A stretch of DNA of 64,000 nt from Rhizodiscina lignyota (GCA_010015805.1 ML978123.1:1922001-1986000), one strand, 5' to 3'. Positions 51,027 through 64,000 are shown, counted from the stretch's first letter. A program made the numbers and translations. The notes: generated by a model from the letters alone, not told the origin.

Positions 51027-51329
51027 AACGGAGGTTTCGTACAAATGATACCATGAATGTGTATATTCCGAAAGTGTGTACGAATCAACATGTTCACCAT
51101 AAAAGGGCTTGTGACCATCGTTTAGTTGATGAAAGTAATGTGCCAACGTCTAAGGAGTCTACATAAGGTATGCTCCATGGGAAAATAGGGGCCCTTTCCC
51201 ACAACCGTTACGATAGCGCATCATGACTTGCAATCAATAATCATCGCCAGCTTGAATGGATGTGTAAAACCGACATCGTGTAACACCGGTCTCTTTAACA
51301 GTTCGTTAATGCAATAGACTTTCATAACA

Positions 51330-52809
51330 TTAGACTTTCACCGCCTTTGCCTTCTTCGTTATACCCTGCTCCTTCAGCGGTGCTTCCTGTGACCGCTTCT
51401 CGGCTACATCAGTTGTCGTAGAATTGCTTTCTCTCGCCTTCAGCTTTTGCTTCTTCAACCTCTCTTTCCTCTGCGCGTCCTCCGCGGCATCATCACTCTT
51501 CGATGTCTTGGTCTTCTTCGCAGGTTGCTCATCAGATGCGACATCTGGCTTTCGCTTCTTCTTGGACATGTTCTTCTCCTCAGACTCAGGCACGTCGACA
51601 TCATCCTCACCAGCAGTCAACAGCTTTCTCTTGCTACCTTTCAGCTTCTTCTTCTTGCCCTTTTCGCCTTCGGGGAGCTCCAACTTTTCGTCCAGTACGT
51701 CCTTCTCGCTCAGCCACAACTCGTTCGCCAGCCACACAGGTAGAGCCATGGTATTGGGGCCCTTGAGATGTATCGACCGCATATTCTTCCAGCCTTGCGG
51801 GATGTACTTTTCCATCATACCCTTACACACTGCCTCTACGTTCTCTGACACAGCATCCAGCTCCATCCCAGCATGTGCAACTTTAATTGCTGTGGTTGCC
51901 GAAGGACTGAGATGGAGAAGTGCGGAGTTAAGTGCACGCTCAATCTCTCGTGCGATCGTCTCTGCCGTACCAACATTAGGCGAGCCTCTCGATCCATCCT
52001 CAGCGGTCTCCCTCTTTCTCTTCTGGCCCAGCGAGTCCTTCTCTGCCTTCGTCCTTCCCTTTTTGTTGCCCGACAATTCGACAGGTATCGGCCGCTTTTC
52101 ACCGCCTTTGTAGAAGATCTTTCCGAGCGTTTGCGGGAGACTTGTAACAATGCGCTCATCTGCAAGGAAGATGTCATGTTGCGCAGCGAGCTGGCGTTTT
52201 GACTCGAACGATTTGTACTTTGCATTCAGCTTCGAGATGCCAATGACACGCGAGATAGACGGGCGTAGATGTGGCGGGAATTCGGGAGACGCAACGATGT
52301 CTTTGTATGCCCGTTGAGGATCGGCCGTTATGAGACATATCCGTGTGGGTGCGGTGGCAGTGGCCGAGAGTGTGTGCAAGGGATGCGGAAGAGTGCTGCG
52401 GCGATTGAAAGTCAGCGCAAATTCAGACTTTGCATCCATGTCGTAGAGATGCATCGCCATAATATTCTAGGACCTACATTGTGGCTGGTTTCAAGCGTTT
52501 CTTGTCGACGATGTGCTTCTTCGTTGTGACGATCATCCATATTGGCTCTTTTTCCTCCAAAGACGCATCGTCCTCACCCGAAGACTCCGAATCGGCTGGC
52601 AATAGGCTCTTCTTGTTTGAACTTGAACTCAGCTCGTTTTGGCTCTTCTTCATGTGCTTGAGGAGGGAGTCCGCCGCTCGTTGGACCTTTGCGCAAAGTC
52701 AGCCAAGTTTAGTAGTAGTATAGGATCATTGCGCTACCTGATTAAGGTCCAATTGGTACGGCGACCCTTCCGTAACTTTGGGTGTCAAGGCTTTCGAGTC
52801 GACCGCCAT
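51330..52809 (-). CDS. CIC1: Ribosomal protein L1-domain nucleolar protein (Cic1/Utp30-like)
   Basis: ICLITADPQRAYK, KYKSFESKRQL, DIFLADERI, SIHLKGPNTMALPVW; Lys-rich tail; start MAVDSK at 52809; 2 introns. Confidence 0.85.
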
Positions 52810-53875
52810 TGTGAAATGTTTGTTGCCACTGGATATGGATGTCGATAATTTGCGACTTGAAATTTTGAGACGCAGAAAAAGTGTCGCTCATGAGCCGAGG
52901 TTCTGCCGCAAAAGCCAATCATAGCCGTGGTGAGGAACAAGGGTCTTGAATATGCATGCAAGACGACTAAGACTAAGCATTGATCTCTTTCGTGAGCTCC
53001 ATAGCGTAGCGTATTTCTTCTATTCCATTTTGGGTACCTTGGTCTAGATTCAGAACTCAACATATTGTCTTCTCCATTACTATACTCCCGTATAACGTAT
53101 GTATCTTGCCTTTTCTTTCACGTCCCCTACGAATTTAGAGTAACATTCCACCGACTTTCCGCACGTTGCACTTCTTAGGGTCGTGCAAGATTCTGCGTCA
53201 TTCACGCCATCCTTACATGACGAATCAAACCGATGTGCCAGAAGTTGTGGCCAATATATAATTGTGGTGTACCGTCCAAATTTATGCCAAGAAGAGCGGA
53301 GAAGAACTTACCATGTTTTCCCTCCCATCGGTCTTTTTCCCGAGCATCCCGCCGGCAAAAGCTGGTAATGCGGACGGGGTTCTCGTAGGGCTGCATGGCT
53401 TCGAGAACATGATGCAGAGGTGAAGAAGATAAGTTATTCAAAATAGTACTAGGAAATAATGACCTTGAAGTCGTCGTATACCCGCCATGTTCCTCGCGCA
53501 CAGTATCGAAGACGAGCTCGGCAGCCGCGGAATTATCGCCACAGGGGGTCTTGGAATCCGATATCAGTTTACCGCTGCATCGTCGGCGGCCGTCCAAGCA
53601 TCCCGCGATGTACCCCCGGCATCGCGGTCAGAATGAAGTTGAACCCCGCAAAGTTACCCCCACCGTGGTCGTCTTCGCTCTCAAATAGCCCGTGTACTTC
53701 ACTACAATGGCAGGTGGCTTAATCCGAGCGGCAAGTTATCTAGAAAAGCCGAAGAGATCTTTGGAAGTATTAAGCTCGAGATGGACCCTGGCCGCGGGTC
53801 CAGCCCGAAATTGAGTTCGCTCTTAGCAGTCCCGTCTTTTGACCCATACATATTCAACGAAGACAAACATCCAAC

Positions 53876-55140
53876 ATGAGCGCAAGGTTGTTCTATGACA
53901 AAGACTGCAGTCTTGCACCCCTCGAGGGAAAGACGATTGTCTTCATCGGCTACGGGAACCAAGGTCGCGCGCAAGCTTTGAATTTGGTAAACCTCCGTGA
54001 CAGGCCCTGCTTCGATGTTAGCGCTTAACCAAGTGCAGCGTGATACAATCAAATCGGAAAAACTCTCTCCAGTGCCCAAGATCGTTATCGCGAACACGAA
54101 AGATTCGTACGCGTCGAAAGCGGATGAGGATGGCTTTGGATTCACCTCCGACTGGGCGACAGCTGCGTCGGAAGCTGATGTGCTCTTCCTTCTTGTCCCA
54201 GATCAGGTATCTTATAGAGATCTATATCCGCACTTTGCCGGTATCTAATCCGACCTAAGGTACAACCGGGGCTTTTTAACGAATCGATTGCGCCGAGTCT
54301 GAAGAAGACATGCGCTGTTGTCGTCGCCAGCGGATATAATGCCTTTTATAAGTTTCTGAATATCGCTCCTTCGAACGACGTCGTTATGGTCGCTCCTCGC
54401 ATGATTGGCACCTCGGTTCGCAGTAGATACGAGAGTGGTCAGGGCTTCCCATGCTTTGTTTCCGTGGAGCAGGACGGCACTGGGAAGGCCTGGGATGTAG
54501 CTCTGGCATTGTGCCGCGGCATTGGCGCTACAAAAGGAGGCGTGATCGAGTCGTCAGCAAAGGAAGAGACGTTGATGGATCTATTTGCTGAACAAGCGAT
54601 CTGGCCGGCTATAATCGCGACTTTCCGAGAGGCGTATTCCGCATTGAAGGCATATGGTTGTTCTGACGAGGCTCTGGTACATGAGCTGTGGCTGAGCAAG
54701 GAACCTGTATGCTCTGCAATCAGAGTGCATTGATCCATTGTTTGGACGCTGATAGTGAAATAATCGTAGGCTGAGGTGTTCGAGAAGTGTGCTGATGATG
54801 GCTTCATTCGACAACTGATACATCACAGCTCTGTTAGGTGAGAATTTTCGACATTCCATTGGCTGTCTAATCCAAGGACATACTGACATGACCCAGTCAA
54901 TATGGCCAGCTCAAGGGTAGCATGGAAGTCGACGTTGGCCCTCTAAAGAAGGAGTTTAAGAGGGTTGCTGAGGATCGTATTCTCTCGGGGGCGTTCGCAG
55001 AGGAATTCATGGGGCTCGACAAGAATGGCCCTGGTGTCGAGAAGGCATTGGAGAGCCTGTACGAGAAAGCCAACCAGACTGAACTTGCAGAGGGAGAGGT
55101 CAGAGTGAGAGAAAGGCTCGGATTGAAATCGTCAAATTAA
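53876..55140 (+). CDS. ilvC: Ketol-acid reductoisomerase-like protein, short prokaryote-type IlvC architecture (exons 53876..53986, 54039..54206, 54260..54706, 54770..54837, 54897..55140; 345 aa)
   Basis: [65 protein letters not shown]. Confidence 0.88.
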
Positions 55141-55534
55141 AACCGTATCTGAGGAGAAAACCGAGTTTTACATGCATCTAGATGTATTTGTAGAGTCGAC
55201 TGTTTGGCCATCAGCAACGCCAAACTTGACGTGATGACACAGTAAATGAAATCTCCGATGTCTCATGATGATGTTTGAACTTGCAACTTGACAAAACGAA
55301 TTTTAAACTCGAGTTTTAGGTTCTCCGAAGAGCTCGATTGGATTTTACTTGGAGATTGTTGATGAGCACATTGTCTAGACGAAGGAGGCAGTCAAATATC
55401 TTGGCGTGAAGCGGAGTGTGAGATCTTCCGACCCGACCACCCATTTTCGCAAGCGCACAATTTGGCGATGTTGGATTGACATCCTACGACTAATTCAACA
55501 ACAACATATCGACCCTTCCTCGAGACCGAGCAAG

Positions 55535-56500
55535 ATGTCGACCTTCGAACCAGTCGTATGTATTCACTGTATCTCAAGTCAGCGGCTGTAGCACACCGCT
55601 CGACGCACATATTTCGATGTCAACGGCTAACCACCTTCACCTCACAGATCGTGATCGATGGCAAGGGACATCTTCTTGGTCGTCTTGCCAGCATAGTGGC
55701 TAAGCAGCTGCTCAATGGCCAAAAGATTGTCGTTGTCCGATGCGAGGCTCTTAACATCTCTGGAGAGTTCTTCCGCGCGAAACGTACGTCGAACCTTTCC
55801 CCACAAGCCGCTAGATATTGGCGAACTACGACTCTGCACAACATTATCACCTTTGAATGATTGCTGATATAAATTGTGAAACAGTGAAGTACCAGGCGTT
55901 CCTTCGCAAGCAGACTCGCTTCAATCCTACCCGTGGTGGTCAGTTCCTCTCAATGCCCTTGCACTCCAAATAAGCACTGCCATACTGGCAGACAGCAGGG
56001 CGCTGTGTAATCGGACGAGCTCTAATGTCCTAACTAGGTCCATTCCACTTCCGTGCACCGTCCAAGATGTTCTGGCGAACCGTCCGAGGCATGATCCCGC
56101 ACAAGACTTCTCGCGGAGCCGCAGCATTGCAGCGCCTAAAGACCTTCGAGGGCATTCCCCCACCATACGATCGCAAGAAGCGCATGGTTGTCCCGCAGGC
56201 ACTGAGGGTTCTGAGGTTGAGGCCTGGTCGCAAGTACTGCACAGTTGGTAGGCTGGGCCATGAGTTTGGTTGGAAATACCAGGATGTCGTTGCCAGGTAC
56301 GTCACTACTACCATCATTAAATTAGATGTGGGAAGGAATCAGTGTGCTAATAGGAGAGCAGGCTCGAGGAGAGGAGAAAGATCAAGGGCGCGGCGTACTA
56401 CGAGCGCAAGAAGGCCGCCAGGAAGCAGCTTGCGGACGCGAAGAAGAATGTTTCCGTGGATGACAAGACGAAGAAGCAGCTCGCACAATACGGATACTAG
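55535..56500 (+). CDS. RPL16: 60S ribosomal protein L16 (uL13/L13a)
   Basis: [41 protein letters not shown]; 4 introns; ends LAQYGY*. Confidence 0.96.
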
Positions 56501-56856
56501 ACTGCAAATCGGTGAGAATTGCAGATGGCCGGAAGGTGCAGTTCTTGTTTGTCTGGATGGATGCAGAACGTGGAGGCAATGAATTCATTCACACACCGCT
56601 TGTGTATTACGGATCGACATGGCGGAGTTTGAAAACCTTTCTGATCCTTGCATCGGCTTCATAAATGCATTAAGAGGCATCAACCAATGATACCTTTACT
56701 CCTCCTTACACTGCGGTGATCATCTGATACTCCGCACACCTGAGCCACTTCCGCGACCCTTTTCTTCCCATCTCAATATGACAATAAGCCATATGTGCCG
56801 GACATGTTTGTGGTTTTTCTTCTTCTATATTAGTTCTAGCCGACGTTAGGGAGAAT

Positions 56857-56862
56857 CCGAGG
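56857..56862 (+). promoter_or_regulatory. Candidate FarA/Ctf1 fatty-acid response element CCGAGG
   Basis: CCGAGG about 250 bp upstream of the acyl-CoA synthetase ATG; a single hexamer is weak evidence. Confidence 0.35.
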
Positions 56863-57112
56863 TCGCTCGGCCTTGCGGAGCTGCTGCCGAAGTTGGACAA
56901 GCTTAGCTTCGAAGTCTCCGCAAGACTGGCATTCGGAATTCGGAAACTACATACATCTACAAAGCAGAGCTCTCTTCCCTCTCAAGACCTTTTGTAATTT
57001 CAAGAAGCATAAATATAGAGGCGTAATTGCAAGTTTCTCCTCCTTTAATACTGTTTTTGTAGTACGAGTCGCGAACTACACTTTTGGAGCTCTCCTTCGG
57101 ATTCCCCGCAAA

Positions 57113-59124
57113 ATGTCAAGTGCACGCTCCCGCCTTGCCAAACTCGCAGCTCATTTCATCCCTTCATCTTCCTCTCCAACTGTTGCAGATGCGCCAGATT
57201 CAGAATTCAAACACCACTATAACTTCCATACGCTCTCGCCGACCTTCTTCCTCCCGCGCGCAGCTGAAATCGAACCAGAGGTAAGGTCATCGAGGGCCAA
57301 ATACAGACCTCGGTTCCATGAGGGCAGTTGTAGCTGACGGAATTGCAGGCCCTCGCAATATATCATGTCACGGCGAACGGAAAGATTCTGCGGCGGTCGT
57401 ATCAGGAGGCGGCGGACCGCGCGAGGGGCCTGGCGTATTTCATAAAGAAGAAGGGCTTCAAGCGGGTGGGGATATTAGCGACCAATACACCTGCGTTCCT
57501 GGAAGCAATGTTCGGAATCGCTGCCGCGGGAGCTGTGCAGACAGGTATGTTTCAAATTCTGGTCGCGTCTTGCGCCAATGGTACATGAGCTGGATTCAAG
57601 ACGTTCACATGCTAACGGCAGGGCAGCTGTGAACTACAGACTGAAGACTGAGGACATATCATACATCCTCCAACACTCAGACTCCGATGTCATCATTGTT
57701 GATGCCGAATTCGAACCTCTCCTAGCCTCATATCGAGCAGCGCGCCCTTCGATCCCAATAATAGTAGATACCGACACAGACGCAATTGAAGGAGAACCCT
57801 GCGGACCCTTTGACGAAGCTGTCCTAGAAGGGCTAAATTACGACAAAGAAACTGGAGCGAAGGGCTGGGCTGGTCTTGAGGCGCAAGCGAGCAATGAAGA
57901 GGATGTTTTTGCTTTGGCATATACGAGTGGGACCACTGCGAGGCCGAAAGGCGTAGAGTATACACATAGGAATGCGTATCTGGCGGCGATAGGAAATGTT
58001 GTTGAGAGCGGACTAAGTTACCATACTGGGAGGTGCAAGTATTTGTGGACACTGCCAATGTTCCATGCTACTGGTAAGTGTCTCTGTCGAAACTCCATCG
58101 TCACAAGTACTAAACGCTTGCATAGGCTGGACGTTTCCCTGGGCAGTCACGGCTGCAAGAGGCACGCATTACTGCCTCCGCAAAATCGATTATCCCGAGA
58201 TATGGCGCCTTTTGAAGGACGAAGGTATAACGCATTTCAACGCCGCTCCAACCGTCAACACACTGCTGTGTAATGCCAAAGAGGCAGAGAAGTTGCCTCA
58301 GGCTGTACGAGTAACCGTCGCAGCGAGTCCTCCCTCTGCGCATCTGTTTGAGCAAATGACGGACCTGAATCTGCATCCTGTGCATGTCTACGGCATGACT
58401 GAGACGTACGGACCGATCACCAAAGGCTACCATATGCCCATCTGGGAGGAGCTGCCTCTGAAAGAGAAGTACGCACGGATGGCACGCCAAGGCCACGGCT
58501 TCATTACCAGCTTGCCGGTGAGGGTGATCAAAACGGATCTGCCAGAAGGAACGCTCGTGAATGTGGCAAAGGATGGGCAGGAGATTGGTGAGATAGTGTT
58601 CCGGGGAAACATTTGCGCCAAAGGATACTATAAGGATCCGGAGGCAACGAGAAAGCTTTTCGCTGGTGGTGTACTTCATTCAGGGGATTTGGCCGTATGG
58701 CATCCGGACGGCGCGATTCAGATCCTAGATCGAGCGAAGGACATCATTATTAGCGGTGAGTTGGCCTACTTTCTGCGGTGAAATAACTGGCATTATAAGC
58801 TAATCTCATCCAGGTGGCGAAAACATCTCTTCGGTGGCGCTGGAGTCGATGCTCGTGACTCATCCAGATGTACTAGAGGCAGCCTGCGTTGCCGTTGCTG
58901 ATTCCCATTGGGGAGAGCGACCGAAGGCGTTCATCACGGTGAAGCAAGGAAAGAAGATCACAGGCGAAGAGATTATCGACTGGGCAAAGAATAAGAGCGA
59001 TATAAGCAAGTTTATGGTCCCCCGGGAGATTGAAGTTCTGGATGAGCTACCCAAAACGAGTACAGGAAAGCTGCGAAAGAACGTGCTCAGGGAATGGGCG
59101 AAGGGAGCAGACAGGGAAAGGTGA
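57113..59124 (+). CDS. AMP-binding acyl-CoA synthetase, probably peroxisomal (PTS2)
   Basis: YTSGTTARPKGV, YGMTETYGP, HSGDLA, DRAKDIIISG|GENIS, LPKTSTGK; N-terminal RLAKLAAHF; 4 introns. Confidence 0.93.
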
Positions 59125-59997
59125 AGTAAAGAAGCTCTATCACTGTAGCATTGTAAATATTCCATACGAATACCACTATTATAGATCGATTTCGATCGCC
59201 AACGTCACGAAAAGTTCCGGAAGTGTACTGAGCCACGCGACGAAGTGAGGCTGCGGCGCGGTTGGATGTTTGATGAACGACCCAAAGGTGAGAACGTGGC
59301 TGAGATAAGCTCGCAAAAAGGCTGAGGAAGTGCAAGTCGTTGTGAAAGTCGCCACTAGCTTAATTGCGATGGTATCGCGCAATTTTGTAGAAGACTCGAG
59401 ATTGACAGCTGTCATGAATGGCAAGGCTGCAACGTTCAGGCCGCGGCGCCCGGAATTACACGGCTTCTCTCAGATAGAAAAAAGGGTCTGCTCAACATAC
59501 GAGTCCTGTGTAGAAGCAGACAGAAGGAAAAGAACCTCGATGAATGCGAGCAGTCACGACCAGAGGCCGTTCGAGAGGCAGCCCAAAACGGTGATATGAT
59601 ATCGCAGAGAAGCGGAAGGTACGCTAGTGTGGCGCTTGGCGTGGTGGTCCGTGCACCGCCAGCCCGCATGCCGTGAGCTTATAAGTTATAAGTAACCCTC
59701 CGCGTTTTTCGCGCGCGCTGTCCATAGCCATGCAACCCCAAACCGCTGTAGCATCCAGACACCACCACCTTTCATTGGCCTTCACCTTTCGCACGTGTTT
59801 ACTGGTTCTTTAGCATCGGAAGCCGGCGTTTTGAGTTTCTTTAGAAATTCTCGAGAGCAACCTCAGCTCTCCCTAATGTCGCGACGATAGACTTTGATGA
59901 ACTCAAGGCGCATGCTTGATCTTCGTTTGACCCTGAAAGCCCCCAAAAGGAACTTTGTCAGGAGCATGCGACAAGAGTTGATGCGCGTTCCTCCACC

Positions 59998-62900
59998 ATG
60001 GCTTCTCGGTAAGTTACGCGCCATTTAGCCACTGCAAACAGAGCTCGCGCTAACCTCTTTTCGGCCAGACTCGATCGCTTAGTCACGTAAGCTTCCGAGA
60101 GCATCCCTTTACCATGCAGCTCAATTCGAGTGATGGGCTCCAGGGATCCATGCTCGCCGCCACATAATTGGACTTCCGCTCACTAACTTGTATAGTCTTC
60201 TGGAGACTGGAAGCACTCAGCTTATCCGCAATACTGCTGCGGAACAGCTGGCTGATGTCCAAAAACAACATCCCGACGAACTCTTTAATCTGCTGACTCG
60301 CGTCATCCCGTATCTACGCTCCAAGACTTGGGACACGAGAACTGCCACTGCGAAAGCCATCGGTGGAATTGTCAGCAACGCAGAGAAGTTCGATCCAAAC
60401 GCAGAAGATGACCCTATCAAAACGGAGGCCAATGGTACCCATTGGGAGCCCATCAAGCAGGAGGATGGCACGCTCCCGCTTGATGAGGAGCAGCTTCAGC
60501 TCGCAACCCTCGATGTAGCATCCATTCTCGAAAAGGGCAAGCCGCTACTTGCCAGTACGGGCAAGGAGTATGATTATCAGTTCGCCGGAATGGACCCAGC
60601 TATGCGTCTCGCTCATCAGAAGAAATCGCTAACAGCGCGCCTGGGCCTTGGAGGCGAATACATGGACGAAGAGCTCCTTACGAAGGACGACTTCATCAAC
60701 CCAAAGGTTTCGACACCTATGCCAAAGCTCGACACTTCTGTCTCGCAGAGCAACGGGAATGGCATGATATCGCCGGCCGTGGCCATGTCTGCCACAACGC
60801 CAATGGAAGTGACGGCATCAACTCCAAACGATGACTCTGGGATGAGCAAAAGGCAACTCAATATGCTGAAACGCAAAAAGAAGCAGGAATTCAAGAACCA
60901 AGCCAGCAAAGTTCGAGTTGTAGACTTCTCACAGCGCAAAGGCGGACTAGCTCCTCCAGAACCGGTTCCCATCAAGACTGAGATCAAGGGAGAGGACAGC
61001 GACGATAAAAGTGACTATTTCTCTTTGGAAAGAACCAATGGCGATGATACCAGCAAAATGGTCTCTGAGTTCAAAGGCATGCCCGTCCCAGAAAAGTCTA
61101 CTTTCCAAACGGAAGCCGAAGAGCGAGGGCTTGAGTGGCCTTATGAGCGCCTCATGGAATTCCTGACCGTCGACTTGTTCGATCACGACTGGAACATCAG
61201 GCATGGTGCCGCGATGGGCATTCGTGAAGTCATTAGGGTGCATGGAGCTGGAGCTGGACGAGTCCAAGGCAAGACAAGGGCGCAGAATGACGTGCTAAAC
61301 CGCAGGTGGCTGGACGATCTCGCCTGCAGGCTTTGCTGCGTTTTTATGCTCGACCGCTTTGGAGATTACCACTTCGATACGGTTGTCGTTCCTGTCCGTG
61401 AAACCGCTGGTCAGGCTCTTGGAGCTCTTCTGCAATATCTTCCCGCGTCATCTGTCAAGGCAGTGTTCTCCATTCTTCGGGGCTTGGTAGTGCAGGACAG
61501 CCGATCGAAAGGCAAAGATGGCGATCGGCAATGGCAGCCTTCCCATGGTGGTATCCTTGGGATGCGATACCTCGTCGCTGTTCGAAACGACCTTCTCGCG
61601 CACGAACCAGAACTGCTCGACGGTGTACTTGAGGTGGTCATGCAAGCCCTTCGAGATAATGACGATGACGTGCGAGCTGTTGGCGCTGGGACCTTGATTC
61701 CTATCGCGAAAGAAATTGTGGAGTTACGGCCCGCCGTTCTCAACGACCTCATCATGATCATCTGGGATTGCTTGTCAAGCCTTAGCGATGATCTAAGTGC
61801 CAGTACTGGCTCTGTGATGGATCTCTTGGCCAAGCTCTGCGGTTTCCCTCAGGTCTTGGAGGCCATGAAAAAGAATGCGCAGATTGATCCCACATGCACT
61901 TTTGCAGAACTGGTCCCGCGACTCTATCCATTCCTCAGACATACAATTACGACTGTTCGCTCGGCTGTTCTTCGCGCTCTCCTTACATTTTTGGATATCG
62001 AAGGCGAAGGAACCAAAGGATGGATTAATGGGCGAGCCTTGAGACTCGTATTCCAGAATCTACTGGTCGAGCGAAATGAAACTGTACTCACGCTATCACT
62101 GCAAGTATGGAAAGCTCTGGTCTCTTCAATATCTGCCGACGGCCCGGAACACTTCGCACAGGAATTCGAAGCCCATATTGATCCGCTCATCGCACTCACT
62201 CTCAGCCCAATTGGCGTTTCGCGTCACCCACTGCCAATGGATGCCACATTATTCATCAAACCATCTGGCCAACCTTTCATGCCGAATGGGTCGCACTCAC
62301 ATGCTCGCCGGCAATCAACCGCCGGTGCAGAGCCGCCTAAGAAACGCCGCAAATCGGACAAAGCAAAGGAGGTCCCTACAACGACTTATGCAAGCCACAA
62401 CATTGACGGACCGATTATGGACGGAGATGTTGATCTTGTTGGTGCTGATGTTATGATCCGATCGAAGATCTTTTCTTCCAAGGCTTTGGGGGTAGCAATG
62501 AGCACTTGGCCCATTGGTTCAAGAAAATCAACCTTCGAGCCCAGGCTTCTACCACATTTGAACTCTCCCAACTCTTCGACTCAACTTACAACGGCAATGG
62601 TCATCGAGGAATATGCCAAGCTTCTTCCCTCATCGGACGACCTTGCATCAGGCCTCTCACAAGCCCTGCACCCGCTGCTAGAGACGGAACGACCTGTCTG
62701 GTATAGAGACTTGACCAACTATCTGCAGGTACTGCGTGCTCAGTGCCAGTCGCTCTTGAACACTTTCAAAGAACAAGGCCGCGTCAGGAGTCTTCCAGGC
62801 GTTGCACCCGTCGTACAAGGAGAGGAGAATGCGTCAACTTTTGCATTCGGCATTAGTGACGCTGACAAGATTCTTGGGCCGGAGTATGATAGACTTATGA

Positions 62901-64000
62901 AGTCTTTAACTCCATCACAGAGGATAGTGGCTCAGCAGGCTCTCGCCGACGCTCGTGTAGACGCCCAAACAGCGATGAAGGAAGCAAAGACTGTGAAAGA
63001 GCAACGGGATCTTCGGATAAAAGCTGCTGCTGCTGCTGCTTTAGTGGCACTGAAAAGTGTTAATGCCCAAAGACCAGGCGACATCATCAAACATGTGATG
63101 GAAAGCATAAAGAGGGAGGAAAACACAGAGCTGCAGAAACGATCAGCAGCTGCCGTGGCTGCTCTCATTGAGTACCTGGCTGCCTCTGGACGTAAGCCCC
63201 CTGTTTCGAAAGTGGTGGGCAATCTCGTCAAGTACTGCTGTATGGAGACTGCGGAAACGCCAGAGTTCCATACTTTCGCGGATATGACCACGGGCATTGT
63301 GAGTCTCAAGAAGGACGAAAATATTCGAGATCACCCCGACGCAGCGGTATTTGAGCGCGAAGCGAAAGCGGCGAGAATCACCAGACGAGGTGCGAAAGAG
63401 GCCCTCGAACAGCTTACTGTGAATTTTGGCGGGCAGTTGTTTGACCGAGTACCAAATCTTCGCACGCTGATTGAGGGACCCATACTTGAAGCCTTCTCAA
63501 CCGATGATCTCCCAGAAAAAATATACGACTCCGCCACATTCTTCGGCCAAGACGTTGTCGATGCACTCTCGACTCTCCGCGCTCTTGTTCCTAAATTCCA
63601 CCCCGATCTCAAGCCGTTCGTTCTGGAGCTTCTCCCTCTCATCGCAAAGGCACTTCAATCGAAGCTCGCTGTATTACGGTATATGGCAGCCAAGTGTTTT
63701 GCCACGATCTGCAGTGTTATGACAATCGAGGGCATCACTATGCTCGTTGAAAAGGTTTTACCTTCGATCAGTAACGCCATTGATGTGCATTGTCGACAAG
63801 GCGTTATCGAGTGCATATATCACCTTATCCATGTCATGGAAGATGGCATTCTACCTTATGTAATCTTCTTGATTGTGCCGGTACTTGGGCGAATGAGCGA
63901 CTCAGACAACGAAGTGCGTCTCATTGCGACAACGACCTTTGCCACGCTTGTCAAGCTGGTACCATTGGAAGCTGGTATTCCTGATCCGCCTGGCCTGTCT
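59998..64000 (+). CDS. MOT1: Mot1/BTAF1 TBP-associated Snf2 ATPase, 3'-partial
   Basis: MASR|LDRLVT|LLETGSTQLIRNTAAEQLADVQKQHPDELFNLL; later DRFGDY..D.VV.PVRETAGQALG, RRGAK.AL, LVKLVPLEAG.PDPPG. The long exon runs off the window, so it is missing from the ORF track. Confidence 0.95.

Noticed and set aside
59122..59150. Stop-codon readthrough creating a cryptic PTS1 on the acyl-CoA synthetase
   Set aside because: Context is TGA AGT, not TGA CTA, and the extension does not end in an SKL-like tripeptide.

Overview
Eukaryotic, intron-rich DNA from a filamentous ascomycete (short GT-AG introns with CTRAC/CTAAC branch points; Dothideomycete-like by inference). It holds about 24 protein-coding genes, mostly housekeeping: Tos4-like (partial), ubiquitin-RPL40, RRN7, eIF5A, VPS52, VAM7, BIM1/EB1, a mitochondrial carrier, a Gbp2/Hrb1-like RRM protein, MAD1, SCOT, CDC7, condensin YCS4, CIC1/UTP30-like, RPL16 and MOT1 (partial). 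Accessory genes are a secreted protein built of nine 26-aa repeats with probable Kex2/Ste13-type processing sites, a DOMON-cytochrome b561 fusion, an NYN/PIN-like protein, a DHA1 MFS transporter beside a Zn2Cys6 factor, an F-box-like orphan, a prokaryote-like ketol-acid reductoisomerase paralogue without a mitochondrial presequence, and a PTS2-bearing acyl-CoA synthetase. A ~6 kb gene-poor stretch (16.7-22.6 kb) carries decayed ORF remnants and direct repeats. No tRNA, rRNA, CRISPR array or recognisable transposon was seen. Gene names come from recalled family motifs, not database searches; exon boundaries were worked out by hand.
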